A stretch of DNA of 63,891 nt, filler included, from an uncultured Methanoregulaceae archaeon (GTDB lineage Archaea; Halobacteriota; Methanomicrobia; Methanomicrobiales; Methanospirillaceae), in assembly GCA_964530035.1 (NCBI GenBank). It is 8 parts of 8 records of this genome, joined end to end, with 100 filler letters (N's around TTAATTAATTAA, not from the genome) between each part and the next. Parts side by side here need not be neighbours in the genome. Positions count along the whole stretch, not along the records: positions 58,852 to 63,891 come from CAZGXZ010000168.1; 7 more parts are not named here. One strand, written 5' to 3'. This document shows positions 63,363 to 63,891 of this stretch, piece after piece. Within the stretch, counting starts at the first letter, position 1; each line of letters opens with the position of its first letter. The notes under the pieces were generated by a model that ran no database searches, had not been told where the DNA came from, and saw only the letters and a list, made by a program, of their open reading frames with translations. The position numbers and the translations under genes are program-made.

Positions 63363-63891
63363 CACCGCCTCCTCATGACGTTGCGGAACGAGCCGAGGTT
63401 GAAGGGCGTCCTGTCCTCGCCCTCCGAGACGCAGTCCAGGAAGACATCGTCGAGGGCGGGTTTCCGAACCGCGATCGAGGTCACATGGAGCCCTGCCACT
63501 TTCAGAGCCTCGTGGATCCGCGGGACGGCGGCCTCCCCGTCGGGGACGTGGAAATGGAGGCTGTCCTCCTCCCTGCCGGCGAACCGCACCCCCGGGATGT
63601 TTATCTCCCCCGCTTCACCTTCAACCTCGGCGATGACGACGTCCTGCGAGATCCGGGTCTTGAGCTCCCCGGGTGTCCCCTCGGCCATCACGGTGCCGTG
63701 GTCGATGATGGCCACGCGGTCGCAGTAGCGGTCGGCCTCGTCCATGTAGTGCGTCGTGACGAAGACCGCCATCCCGTTCCTGCGGAGCCTCGAGATATGG
63801 TCCCAGATCTTCTTCCGTGCCGCGACATCGAGGCCGATCGTCGGTTCGTCGAGGAACAGGACCTCGGGTTCGTGGACGAGCGCCTGGGCGA
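63362..63891 (-). CDS. ABC exporter ATP-binding subunit (DrrA-like), 5' part outside the window
   Basis: 'EVLFLDEPTIGLD', 'TTHYMDEA', 'KPALDDVF'. Confidence 0.92.
   Translation of the reverse strand, partial: AQALVHEPEVLFLDEPTIGLDVAARKKIWDHISRLRRNGMAVFVTTHYMDEADRYCDRVAIIDHGTVMAEGTPGELKTRISQDVVIAEVEGEAGEINIPGVRFAGREEDSLHFHVPDGEAAVPRIHEALKVAGLHVTSIAVRKPALDDVFLDCVSEGEDRTPFNLGSFRNVMRRR

Noticed and set aside
1..63891. tRNA, rRNA, transposase or integrase genes
   Set aside because: None recognised by eye; a covariance-model and HMM scan would be needed to exclude them.

Overview
The window is not one locus. It holds eight unrelated pieces (full contigs about 8.2-8.4 kb, in descending length) joined by 100-bp N44-TTAATTAATTAA-N44 linkers. 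The gene content fits a GC-rich methanogenic archaeon, probably Methanomicrobiales (inference from TBP, MCM, RFC-S, MfnB, a HisA/F-like protein, class III pilins and many PAS kinases). Piece 1: membrane proteins, PPK2, UbiA. Piece 2: vWA protein, five-pilin operon, GNAT, 12-aa-repeat protein, hisG. Piece 3: RsgA, aldo-keto reductase, tautomerase, M48 peptidase and a toxin-antitoxin island. Piece 4: PAS kinase, surface proteins, MFS, GT-C. Piece 5: valS, tmk, mfnB, guaB, orphan DNA methyltransferase, HSR1-like regulator, nrdD. Piece 6: tbp, lhr-MPE-OB fold, rfcS, mcm. Piece 7: receiver-PAS-GAF protein, AAA ATPase, beta-helix surface protein. Piece 8: PAS kinase, phosphoesterase, ABC-2 exporter with an amber stop. 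The most striking structure is at 21.5-24.5 kb: two convergent Panacea-like/MazF modules, one bracketed by a 187-bp structured direct repeat with weak attC-like features and by a 13-bp inverted repeat. Also notable: two genes that appear to need CTG starts, a NrdD without its glycyl-radical domain, and a zinc-finger microprotein missed by the ORF track. All family calls come from motif recognition by eye; no searches were run.
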